Below are positions 36,519-45,189 of a stretch of DNA of 64,000 nt, in pieces. The position numbers were made by a program, and so were the translations under genes. The notes beneath the pieces were generated by a model that was not told the DNA's origin, ran no database searches, and was given only the letters and a program-made list of their open reading frames with translations. The number at the start of each line of letters is the position of its first letter. Position 1 is the first letter of the stretch. The stretch comes from a virus. The stretch spans positions 1-64,000 of IMG/VR virus record IMGVR_UViG_3300007512_000001. One strand, written 5' to 3'.

Positions 36519-36574
36519 AATCAAGCACTTAGAGCACCATTTTTCGTGACAAATCGCCCGAAAAATGCTAAAAT
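36519..36574 (+). promoter_or_regulatory. IHF box plus sigma70-type promoter
   Basis: AATCAAGCACTTA (36519-36531); GTGACA-17-TAAAAT (36546-36574). Confidence 0.6.
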
Positions 36575-36607
36575 ATTAGTATAGAAAGTAAAAACTCGAG
36601 TACAAAA

Positions 36608-37906
36608 ATGTCCGATAATTCTACTACCGCTGACAAAAAACTGAAGAATAATCCCAACCTTAAGGTCGGGTTTGAAACAGATCCGGATCTAGACAAAGAG
36701 ATTCGCGAAGCCCTTACTACAGCAAGAATTGGCTTGTTGCTCAAAGAACCGTTTTTTGGTAATTTGGCTACTCGCTTAACCCTTGTAAACGCTGACGCAT
36801 GGTGTCCTACTGCCGCCACAGATGGCCGCAGGTTCTACTACAATACTGAATTCTGCAAAATGCTGTCATCTAAAAATATGGAATTTCTGTTTGGACACGA
36901 AGTTCTTCATGTTGTATACGATCACATTGGTCGTAGAAACGACCGAGATCCGCAGTTGTCAAACATCGCCGCAGATTATTGCGTTAATGGTGATTTGATC
37001 AGATACAGAATCGGTGAGCCGATTGACGTAGTTCCTATCGTATACGACCGAAAATACGATGATTGGTCATATGAAGAAGTATATGACGATCTGTATGAGA
37101 ACGCTGAAAAGATCGATATTGACGATCTATTAAATCGTGTACTGGATGACCATCTTGATCAGGATGGAGATAGCGAAGACGGATCTGGTGATTCCGAAGA
37201 TGGTAATGAAAGCGGCAAGCGTCCGGTACTTTCGGAAAAGGAAAGAAAAGAAATCCGTGATGAGATGAAAGAAGCAATCATGTCAGCGGCTCAGACTGCT
37301 GGTGCTGGTAATGTGCCGGCAGGCGTCAAACGTATGCTCAGGGAACTCACAGAGCCTAAGATGAATTGGCGAGATCTGTTGGACGTCCAAATTAAGAGCA
37401 CTATTAAAAGCGACTTTTCCTGGATGAAACCCAATCGAAAGGCCTGGCATACTGGCGTGATGTTGCCTGGTATGATGCCTGATGATACGATCGATATTGT
37501 AATAGGTATCGACGTAAGCGGCAGTATCAGTGAAGATATGGTTCGAGACTTCTTGTCAGAAATCAAAGGCATTATGGATGCCTACACTACATTCAATATC
37601 AAGGTGTTTTGCTTTGATACTGACATATACAGCGTCAAAGATTTCACTGCTGACAATCTCTTCGAAATAAACGAGTATGAAATTGTTGGCGGTGGCGGTA
37701 CAAGTTTTGAAGCAGTATATGAATACCTAAAGGAAAACGCAATCGAACCTAAGAAACTTGTTATGTTCACGGATGGTTATCCGTGGGGTTCTTGGGGCGA
37801 TGAACAGTATTGTGACGTATGCTGGATTATTCATACTCACAATTTAGAGGGAGCACCGACACCACCGTTTGGTGCTCATGCATACTATGAAACATCTTAC
37901 AGTTAA
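36608..37906 (+). CDS. metallopeptidase-like + VWA domain protein (DUF2201-type), MoxR partner
   Basis: TAATDG, FLFGHEVLHVVYDH (HExxH), IDVSGSI (MIDAS), GGGGTSF, FTDG. Confidence 0.9.
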   Translation: MSDNSTTADKKLKNNPNLKVGFETDPDLDKEIREALTTARIGLLLKEPFFGNLATRLTLVNADAWCPTAATDGRRFYYNTEFCKMLSSKNMEFLFGHEVLHVVYDHIGRRNDRDPQLSNIAADYCVNGDLIRYRIGEPIDVVPIVYDRKYDDWSYEEVYDDLYENAEKIDIDDLLNRVLDDHLDQDGDSEDGSGDSEDGNESGKRPVLSEKERKEIRDEMKEAIMSAAQTAGAGNVPAGVKRMLRELTEPKMNWRDLLDVQIKSTIKSDFSWMKPNRKAWHTGVMLPGMMPDDTIDIVIGIDVSGSISEDMVRDFLSEIKGIMDAYTTFNIKVFCFDTDIYSVKDFTADNLFEINEYEIVGGGGTSFEAVYEYLKENAIEPKKLVMFTDGYPWGSWGDEQYCDVCWIIHTHNLEGAPTPPFGAHAYYETSYS

Positions 37907-37916
37907 GGAGATAGGA

Positions 37917-39986
37917 ATGAAGATAATAAAGGTGGTCGCTCTAATGGCTTTGGTAATTGGTTACCATAGTACAGCAGATGCATTAGAGGGACCGTATAGT
38001 TTCAAAGCAGGTCACGGAACCGTCCCGTGGCTTGAGCACTTTGCGGATAGCGGGAATGCCGTTGCAAGAGATTGGAACGGTGATGGAAAAACTGATGTGA
38101 TGGTTTTTCCAGCGGCCCATGGCGTTTACTGTAATCAAGGCTGTCCGATGGGCTGGACTAAGAGTGTTCCACCTTTTGTGTTTCTCAGTAATCCAGACGG
38201 ATCTTATAGTCCGACGAGAGCCGGGGGTGTTCCCTCTGCTTCGACAGTAAGCGAATGGACTGGAAATTATTTTGCCCAAGGGCCTATTGCGCTAGGAAAT
38301 GGTTGGGGTGGAGACCTACGTCCTGCTTTAATCTATAACGGCATTAATGCGGCCCCTGGCCCTAGTTTTCATTGGCACGGTTCAGCAATAGGAGATGTCA
38401 ATAAAGACGGGCGTTTAGATATTGTTGGCTTCTCTGGTGGTACGGTGGTTTATCTTGGCTTCAATCCTGGCGCAAGAGGAATGAACGTAAACGGGGAGAT
38501 CAGTGACCTCGGACAAATAAGGATGATGAACCAGGCTTTTGCAGGAACACTTATGGATCTGGACGGTGACGGGTATCCTGAACTTATTTCCGGAGATATG
38601 GACTCTCGTTCCTCGGGAGGCTACATGGATGATCACTCAACTATTGCGTTGGATGGTGTGTCAGCAAGGCGTGGCGCTATTAACGTGTATAAGAACAATG
38701 GGGGTAAATCATTCTCATTGATGCAAATATATCCAGATACGATTCCCGGCGTAGCAGGACTGAGGGCCGTCTATAACAACGGCCGCGACATCATTGTGCA
38801 TGACGAATGCGGTGACGTATGTGCCACAAATAGTTGGATTCGTGTTTTTGCTACAGGCCCAGGCGGTGTGAGTTTAAAACAGCAATTTGGTCTAAATGGT
38901 GTTGTCCCACACACAAAGGGCCAAGCGCCGATGCTGGTTGACCTAAACGGCGACGGTAGAAACGACCTTTTTATTAACCATTTTTTTAATTATGGAGGCA
39001 ATGTTGGTTCACAACACGGAGGGATCTGGTTAAACAACGGAAATGGAACATTCCGACAACTTGGCACTCCTATCTTTGCAAACGTGCCGAAGGCAGGATC
39101 CAAAGGCGCGTTGTTTCCCACTCATGCTAACAACGACGGCCGCATGGATTGGATTATTGTGTATGAAGACGGTTCCTTCGGAACGTTACTTTCTCCTGCA
39201 CCTGCGGCTGTGTCGACATCTAGCGACGACGAGACAGAAGAGCAAGATACTGGCGGCGGGTTTCATCGATTCAGGTTTGCTGAAGTGATGCAAGGCGGGC
39301 CGAATTTTTGGCAGTTAAGTTTTGTGCAGGATCAACTATTAAATATGCAAAATAGTTTTGTAGATAACAGCAAAATCATGTCCTTTAGTGACATTAATAT
39401 GGTTCCTGTGTTTGATTTTAATGGCAATACTGCTCTAACGTTTGGTGCTACTAAAGCAGACGAATATGGTGAGATTGACAATGCCGTCGTGGGTTTGCGT
39501 TACGGAGAAGTTGATGTCGCAATTGGTATGGATAACAGCCTTTTGGGTTGGTCACCTGGACAGAGCCTGATGCATATTAATAATCCTAACACTCGTTATA
39601 TTAATATTAGCCGTAAGAAAAGCATTGGTGAATGGAACTTTAGTGCTAATGCCACTTATGCATTTGGTACAGCAAACGGCAGTTATGGTTACGTCAAAGA
39701 CGTAGAAGACTTTCATGCTATGGGTTTTGGTGCTAACATGTCTTACAAGAAGTTAAAACTTAAAATCGCACAACCACTACGCATTGAGCAAGGTGGATTG
39801 CAATTTTCAGACTTTATTGCAGACATGGAGCCAAATGGCCGGCACATTGATTATACTATGTCATACGAGGAAAAAGTTTCTAAGAACAGTAACTTTGAGT
39901 TGAGCCTTAAGTATACGGACGATGTTAACCATGTGCAAGGCGATAATAACGCTCGTCTAATGGCGGCGGTTAAGGGTATATGGTAA
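37917..39986 (+). CDS. secreted FG-GAP/VCBS-repeat beta-propeller protein with C-terminal beta-barrel-like domain
   Basis: signal peptide MKIIKVVALMALVIGYHSTADA; DWNGDGKTD, DVNKDGRLD, DLDGDGYPE, DLNGDGRND, ANNDGRMD; amphipathic strands and terminal Trp. Confidence 0.75.
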   Translation: MKIIKVVALMALVIGYHSTADALEGPYSFKAGHGTVPWLEHFADSGNAVARDWNGDGKTDVMVFPAAHGVYCNQGCPMGWTKSVPPFVFLSNPDGSYSPTRAGGVPSASTVSEWTGNYFAQGPIALGNGWGGDLRPALIYNGINAAPGPSFHWHGSAIGDVNKDGRLDIVGFSGGTVVYLGFNPGARGMNVNGEISDLGQIRMMNQAFAGTLMDLDGDGYPELISGDMDSRSSGGYMDDHSTIALDGVSARRGAINVYKNNGGKSFSLMQIYPDTIPGVAGLRAVYNNGRDIIVHDECGDVCATNSWIRVFATGPGGVSLKQQFGLNGVVPHTKGQAPMLVDLNGDGRNDLFINHFFNYGGNVGSQHGGIWLNNGNGTFRQLGTPIFANVPKAGSKGALFPTHANNDGRMDWIIVYEDGSFGTLLSPAPAAVSTSSDDETEEQDTGGGFHRFRFAEVMQGGPNFWQLSFVQDQLLNMQNSFVDNSKIMSFSDINMVPVFDFNGNTALTFGATKADEYGEIDNAVVGLRYGEVDVAIGMDNSLLGWSPGQSLMHINNPNTRYINISRKKSIGEWNFSANATYAFGTANGSYGYVKDVEDFHAMGFGANMSYKKLKLKIAQPLRIEQGGLQFSDFIADMEPNGRHIDYTMSYEEKVSKNSNFELSLKYTDDVNHVQGDNNARLMAAVKGIW

Positions 39987-41263
39987 ATCTGGAGATACTA
40001 AAAGCCCTGGAGAATCAGGCAACTTCTTCGGGGTTGCCTGTTTTTTCTACGAGTGAATGGCAGGAGTTTAAAGAGCACTACGAAAAGAAAGAAGCAATAG
40101 AAGCACTCGCTCATTATATCACAGAAAATAACATTCCATTTCCATTTCAAGATATAACTGAAAACGATGTAATAGAAAAGTTTAAAAAACTTAAAGGAAT
40201 GGACCATAACAAACTATTATATGGTTACACTACAAGCATCACAGATAAATTTAATGATTACAAATATTCCTGCCAAGACTATTGTAAAGACGTTATAGAC
40301 ATTAATCATTATTATAATGACATTAGCAATTATTTTCAGCAACAGAACAGACTAAAATGTGGTGGCTGGTCACACAATAGTCCATTAGATATATGGAGCA
40401 GTAAAGAAGCATTAAAATCCCTTAACTGGACATTTTGGCGTGATGGTGTTGTAAAGTTTGTAGATGAAAGCAAATACAGAGAAGCATTCAGACTCGGTGC
40501 TTATGTTGCTACCCAATTTAAACCAACTGTAGCAAAATACATTTATAACAGATTTAATGCTAAAACAGTTTTGGATACTAGTTGTGGGTGGGGAGATAGA
40601 TTAGCAGGCTTTTGGGCAAGTAATGCGGAAGTTTATGTAGGGTGTGATCCAAATCCTGATGTTTATAAAGCATATATGGAACAATGTAAGTTTTATGACA
40701 AGCATATTTTTAACAACGATGGACAGTTGATGCAGTTTAATGCCTGTAATGGATTAGAATGGTTTACCTACACAGGTGCAAAAACAGTAACCATTTTCAA
40801 TGCGCCTGCTGAAGATATAAAAGACTTCCCCAAACTAAACTATGATTTAGCATTTACTAGTCCGCCATATTATAATACAGAGCGTTACGCAGAGGGCATT
40901 AAAGAGGAAACACAAAGTTGGTTTAAGTATAAAGAGTTTGACAGTTGGCTTAAAGACTTTTTATTTGTGACATTAGAAAATGTTAGTAATCTAATTAATC
41001 CGCAAACAGGTGTTATAGCAGTAAATATAATAGATGCCAATATTAAAAACAAAAGACATTATGTTTGTGATCCAATGACAGACTTTATGGCTAGTGTTGG
41101 GATGCCGTTACAAGAAGTTATTGGTATGCGAATGAAACAGAGACCAAAAAATGAAGAAGGCGGCAATAAAGAGCATATGAAAGATTGTTTTATTGAGCCA
41201 ATTTGGGTTTACAGTTCTTCCAATGACAATACTTTAACACAATTTGAGAGATTATTCGAATAA
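39980..41263 (+). CDS. DNA amino-methyltransferase (N4-C/N6-A)
   Basis: VLDTSCGWGDRL (motif I), AFTSPPYY (motif IV). Confidence 0.8.
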   Translation: MVNLEILKALENQATSSGLPVFSTSEWQEFKEHYEKKEAIEALAHYITENNIPFPFQDITENDVIEKFKKLKGMDHNKLLYGYTTSITDKFNDYKYSCQDYCKDVIDINHYYNDISNYFQQQNRLKCGGWSHNSPLDIWSSKEALKSLNWTFWRDGVVKFVDESKYREAFRLGAYVATQFKPTVAKYIYNRFNAKTVLDTSCGWGDRLAGFWASNAEVYVGCDPNPDVYKAYMEQCKFYDKHIFNNDGQLMQFNACNGLEWFTYTGAKTVTIFNAPAEDIKDFPKLNYDLAFTSPPYYNTERYAEGIKEETQSWFKYKEFDSWLKDFLFVTLENVSNLINPQTGVIAVNIIDANIKNKRHYVCDPMTDFMASVGMPLQEVIGMRMKQRPKNEEGGNKEHMKDCFIEPIWVYSSSNDNTLTQFERLFE

Positions 41264-41265
41264 AC

Positions 41266-41487
41266 ATGAGTACTAAAAAACCTTATCAAACACTTGCATG
41301 GATGAGTACTGCGATATTAATACTGGCGGCTACATTAGCGGCCTTTAATATACATCCGCAGTATGTTTGGATGTTTATTGTTGCTAATAGTATGTGGACG
41401 CTCACAGGTATATTATGGAAGGAAACCAGCCTTGTAGTTCTTAACGCAGGTCTTACGCTGATATACGTTATTGGAATGTTATGGTAG
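41266..41487 (+). CDS. small membrane protein
   Basis: three hydrophobic segments. Confidence 0.75.
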   Translation: MSTKKPYQTLAWMSTAILILAATLAAFNIHPQYVWMFIVANSMWTLTGILWKETSLVVLNAGLTLIYVIGMLW

Positions 41488-41609
41488 ATAAAATAAAACA
41501 GATCTGGAAACTTTTTAGCAATATTGAAAGGATTATTTTCTCTCTTGCAATATGTTTATTGACAGGTTCTGTACTATTTTTGCTATATATTATATATGGG
41601 TCTATATAA
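41481..41609 (+). CDS. 42-aa membrane peptide
   Basis: MVDKIKQIWKLFSNIERIIFSLAICLLTGSVLFLLYIIYGSI. Confidence 0.45.
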   Translation: MVDKIKQIWKLFSNIERIIFSLAICLLTGSVLFLLYIIYGSI

Positions 41610-41976
41610 TACAAGAACGGTTAATCCACACAATGTTTTAAACACTAGAAAGTGTGAAAACATTCCACCTTATTTCACACCTGTAACAATTCCTATTAGA
41701 TCTAAATCATTTGCCACAAAATTAGACCTAGTACAAGACATGGATAGATGGATTTATCTTACACTCAATGGACGCTACTGTATTACAAAAAAGGTTTTAT
41801 TGGGCTTTGATACTAAAATATCACTTAATAAAACAATAGAAATAACCTCACCAATTAAGAATCAAACTAGTACATTTGATATGCTTTGGTCATTGGAATG
41901 GGTAGTGGGGTTTGAAGAACCCAGTGAAGCAAGTTATTTTGTTTTAACATGCCCACTTTTAAATGAAATTAATTAA
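41596..41976 (+). CDS. conserved hypothetical phage protein
   Basis: NPHNVL, WI...LNGRY, VGFEEPSEASYF.L.CP. Confidence 0.7.
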   Translation: MGLYNTRTVNPHNVLNTRKCENIPPYFTPVTIPIRSKSFATKLDLVQDMDRWIYLTLNGRYCITKKVLLGFDTKISLNKTIEITSPIKNQTSTFDMLWSLEWVVGFEEPSEASYFVLTCPLLNEIN

Positions 41977-42472
41977 TAGCAGTTTCGCCCAAACCTTCTT
42001 TAATCCAGTTTCTGCACCATCTTACATATTCAAACGTTTCTATTATTTGTTTTCGAATTTGTATTGGATCCGTAACGTCGCGGCGATAATATAACTTTTC
42101 ATAAGTTTTATCTCTGTTTTCATTAATAAACTCTGTTAATTGTTCTTCAGTAACATCTGGAATACTATCTAGATATCCAATTGTACTATAAACAAATTGT
42201 TCAAACAATTCTATATTTTTACCTAGCCTTACATCAACATCATTTATTCTATCTGGCGCCATTACTTGAAATATTTCGTTAAATGACTTATATGTATCCA
42301 TTAATCGTATAAGTTCTTCGTTAGCGTATAAACATTCTAAACCTTCTTGAGCATATGTAAAGAATTTTAGTACTGTTTCTGTCGATGGTTGCTCTGGTTC
42401 AGAATTTTCTTGTGCTGATGATATAGTAATAAATACTAGTGAAAGGATTATAGTTAATATGGTTCTTTTCAT
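41969..42472 (-). CDS. secreted/periplasmic hypothetical protein
   Basis: signal peptide MKRTILTIILSLVFITISSA at 42472; lone minus-strand gene in a plus-strand run. Confidence 0.65.
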   Translation of the reverse strand: MKRTILTIILSLVFITISSAQENSEPEQPSTETVLKFFTYAQEGLECLYANEELIRLMDTYKSFNEIFQVMAPDRINDVDVRLGKNIELFEQFVYSTIGYLDSIPDVTEEQLTEFINENRDKTYEKLYYRRDVTDPIQIRKQIIETFEYVRWCRNWIKEGLGETAIN

Positions 42473-42498
42473 ACAATTAATTATCAGGAGAAAAACTA

Positions 42499-42789
42499 AT
42501 GTCGGACAATACTGAAAATGCAACAGAAACCCCAGTAGATGTTCTTGATGGCACGTCACAAGCATCCCCTGATGCAGGACAAGCACCAGAATTTAATCTT
42601 AAAGATTTGGCCGCTGTAAAGCAAATCATTGAAGTCGGAGCACGCCGTGGCGCATGGAATGCCGCAGAAATGACTGCTGTGGGTGTAACTTATGATAGAC
42701 TAGTACTATTTTTAAGACATCATATTCCTACAACAGAACCAGCAGAACAAGAAGTACAAGCAGACGCACCAGACGCGACTGCTGAATAA
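42499..42789 (+). CDS. acidic hypothetical protein
   Basis: AGGAG RBS; DL..VKQIIEV...RGAW...EM..VG.TYDRL. Confidence 0.75.
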   Translation: MSDNTENATETPVDVLDGTSQASPDAGQAPEFNLKDLAAVKQIIEVGARRGAWNAAEMTAVGVTYDRLVLFLRHHIPTTEPAEQEVQADAPDATAE

Positions 42790-42813
42790 TCAATAATATA
42801 AACGGAGAAATAT

Positions 42814-43362
42814 ATGAAACACGTTGGCAAGCAAATTTCAACTAACGATAAAATCGTATTACTTTTTAGGGAAGTACCCGGCGAGCCAGATAATTGTTTG
42901 GTAGCGCGAACAGCATCATTATCTCAAGATGATCACGATTCTTTAATAACAGTTTTAGAAAGTGATGAAGGTCAACAAGCCAACACACTAGCAGAAGTAT
43001 TACATACTAGAATGAATGGTGCAGGGAGACCAATTTTAGAAAGTTTGCATACAAGCGGACGAATTATGAAACTTCCAGCATCTGATGTTGCACTTACGCC
43101 AGACACAAAAACTAGTATTGCTTTAAATGAAGTTAATGCCGCAATACGCGGACAGGAAGCCACAACTTCAGAAGATACGGACGGCGCCTTAACAGACGAA
43201 AATATTGCGTCTGATTTGCGTAGGCAAGCCGCAGGACTACAAGCAGAAGCAGAAAGATTACTTACTAAAGCAGAAGAACTTTCACCTACTAAGAAAGCAA
43301 AAAAGACAACTAAAAAGAAAACTTCCAAGAAGAAGGCTACCAAGGCCCGTGTCTCAGCATAA
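42814..43362 (+). CDS. conserved phage protein with Lys-rich tail
   Basis: MKHVGK..., C-terminus KKAKKTTKKKTSKKKATKARVSA. Confidence 0.8.
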   Translation: MKHVGKQISTNDKIVLLFREVPGEPDNCLVARTASLSQDDHDSLITVLESDEGQQANTLAEVLHTRMNGAGRPILESLHTSGRIMKLPASDVALTPDTKTSIALNEVNAAIRGQEATTSEDTDGALTDENIASDLRRQAAGLQAEAERLLTKAEELSPTKKAKKTTKKKTSKKKATKARVSA

Positions 43363-43666
43363 CGAAGTTTTCTTAACCGAATCTTTCAAAAAGCGATGGG
43401 AAAACATTATTGAAAACATTAATATCACTAATGTTCCCATCGAATATATTGATCACTTAATATTACACGACGAAAAAGGCAAGGAATTTGTGGTTAGTGT
43501 GATAGATCTCCTAGCAGAAGGAGTAGATCCGCGTGATTTAGAAGAAGAACTTACACACCGCATAGAAAGTTATGATGGTGTACTTTCAATTGACTATGTT
43601 TTAAACATTGAAAAAGTTACTACAGATATACAATCATCAACAAATAAAGTTTTAAAAAACTTATAA
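43349..43666 (+). CDS. hypothetical protein
   Basis: GTG start at 43349; WENIIENINITNVPIEYI. Confidence 0.65.
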   Translation: MSQHNEVFLTESFKKRWENIIENINITNVPIEYIDHLILHDEKGKEFVVSVIDLLAEGVDPRDLEEELTHRIESYDGVLSIDYVLNIEKVTTDIQSSTNKVLKNL

Positions 43667-43673
43667 TATTGCA

Positions 43674-43702
43674 TTGACAAAAATCAATTATAATCATATA
43701 AT
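43674..43702 (+). promoter_or_regulatory. sigma70 consensus promoter for thyX
   Basis: TTGACA-17-TATAAT; CATTGACAAAAATCAATT is identical to the 7444 site; ATG at 43709. Confidence 0.85.
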
Positions 43703-43708
43703 ATTAAT

Positions 43709-44620
43709 ATGACAAAAATTTCAGACATTAATTTTGAAAAAGATGAAAACTATGTAAAGTATTTGGACTATGGTTTTGTAGGACTCGTTGACACTATGGG
43801 TTCAGACGAAGCAATTGTCCAAGCTGCAAGAGTATCATATGGTAATGGTACCAAAGGTACTCGTAACGACAGGGCACTTATCAGATATCTAGTTAAGCAC
43901 CGACACACATCACCGCTCGAGATGTGTGAGGTTAAATTCCATTTGAAAATGCCCATTTTTGTTATGAGGCAACACGTAAGACACAGAACGGCAAACTTGA
44001 ATGAATATTCTGGCAGATATAGTATTATGTCAGATGAGTTTTATGTTCCTGATAAAGCAAACCTTAAACCACAAAGTGTCATCAATAAGCAAGGTAGGGA
44101 CGGTACGTTAATTCCCATTGAAGAAACTATGTGCCATAACACTATTAAGCGAATTGGAAGAGAGAACTATAAAGATTATTTGTCTCTATTAGGGGAGAAT
44201 CCCAATGACAATTATAATATTGATAGTGATCTTAGGCAAGGATTATCAAGAGAGTTGGCCCGTGCGGTGTTGCCTCTCAACAACTATACAGAATTATATT
44301 GGAAAATAGATTTAAACAACTTTTTTCATTATGTAAAACTAAGAGCAGACTACCATGCACAATGGGAGATACAAGAACTAGCAAAAGCAATGTATGGTTT
44401 AATTGTAAATAAGTTTCCATTGGCGTGTGAGGCATATGAAGATTATATTGAAAACGCAACTACTGTGAGTCGCATGGAAAAAAGTCTTATTAAACGTATT
44501 ATGTCAGGTAAACGCTGGTTTGATATTTTAGAAGATTATAGATCTGAAGAACTTCTCGCGAAACACTTTGATATGAGCAAGCGTGAACTTTCTGAATTTA
44601 AAGACAAGTGGGAATTATGA
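43709..44620 (+). CDS. thyX: FAD-dependent thymidylate synthase
   Basis: IVQAARVSY, HTSPLE, RHRTANLNEYSGRY, ELARAVLP, LRADYHAQWEI. Confidence 0.96.
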   Translation: MTKISDINFEKDENYVKYLDYGFVGLVDTMGSDEAIVQAARVSYGNGTKGTRNDRALIRYLVKHRHTSPLEMCEVKFHLKMPIFVMRQHVRHRTANLNEYSGRYSIMSDEFYVPDKANLKPQSVINKQGRDGTLIPIEETMCHNTIKRIGRENYKDYLSLLGENPNDNYNIDSDLRQGLSRELARAVLPLNNYTELYWKIDLNNFFHYVKLRADYHAQWEIQELAKAMYGLIVNKFPLACEAYEDYIENATTVSRMEKSLIKRIMSGKRWFDILEDYRSEELLAKHFDMSKRELSEFKDKWEL

Positions 44621-45189
44621 AAACTATCTTAGCTCTTAGTCCGCACCCAGATGATGTAGAGTTAGGAGCCGGCGGATTTTTGTTAAGCGAACTTAGCAAT
44701 AATAGTTTTGTTAAAATTGTTTATTTTTATAAGGAAAAAGAAGAATCGGTTGACATTAATTCTTTTAATTTAAAATATGAATATGAATTTTTTGACGATG
44801 TCCAAAGACCCTTCTTTAGTAGTGATAGTATTTCTAGACTAGACGATATATTATACAATAATAATTACGATTATTTGTTAATACCTCATTACGGCGACAG
44901 CCATCAAGACCATCAAACTGTAAATCAACTAGCATTAGCAAGTAGTAGAAAATTTTCTGGCATTATATTGCAATATGAAGTTACTGCTTATGTAAACAAT
45001 AATAAATCATTTAATCCAAATGTGTTTTTTGGAATGAATACTATACAAGATAAGTTAGATTGGTGCTCATCATTTATTGATGTAAGTGATGAATTATTAG
45101 AACAAACTCGTGCTCTTGCTATATTACGGGGGACATCTACGAAAAATCCTTATGCGGAGAGTTTTGAACTAGTTAAATGGACGATGTAA
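44617..45189 (+). CDS. PIG-L/LmbE family N-acetyl deacetylase
   Basis: SPHPDDVELG, HYGDSHQDH, QYE, YAESF. Confidence 0.88.
   Translation: MKTILALSPHPDDVELGAGGFLLSELSNNSFVKIVYFYKEKEESVDINSFNLKYEYEFFDDVQRPFFSSDSISRLDDILYNNNYDYLLIPHYGDSHQDHQTVNQLALASSRKFSGIILQYEVTAYVNNNKSFNPNVFFGMNTIQDKLDWCSSFIDVSDELLEQTRALAILRGTSTKNPYAESFELVKWTM

Noticed and set aside
43205-43348. Extended start of the 153-aa ORF
   Set aside because: It overlaps the Lys-rich tail of 42814..43362; the GTG at 43349 gives normal coupling.
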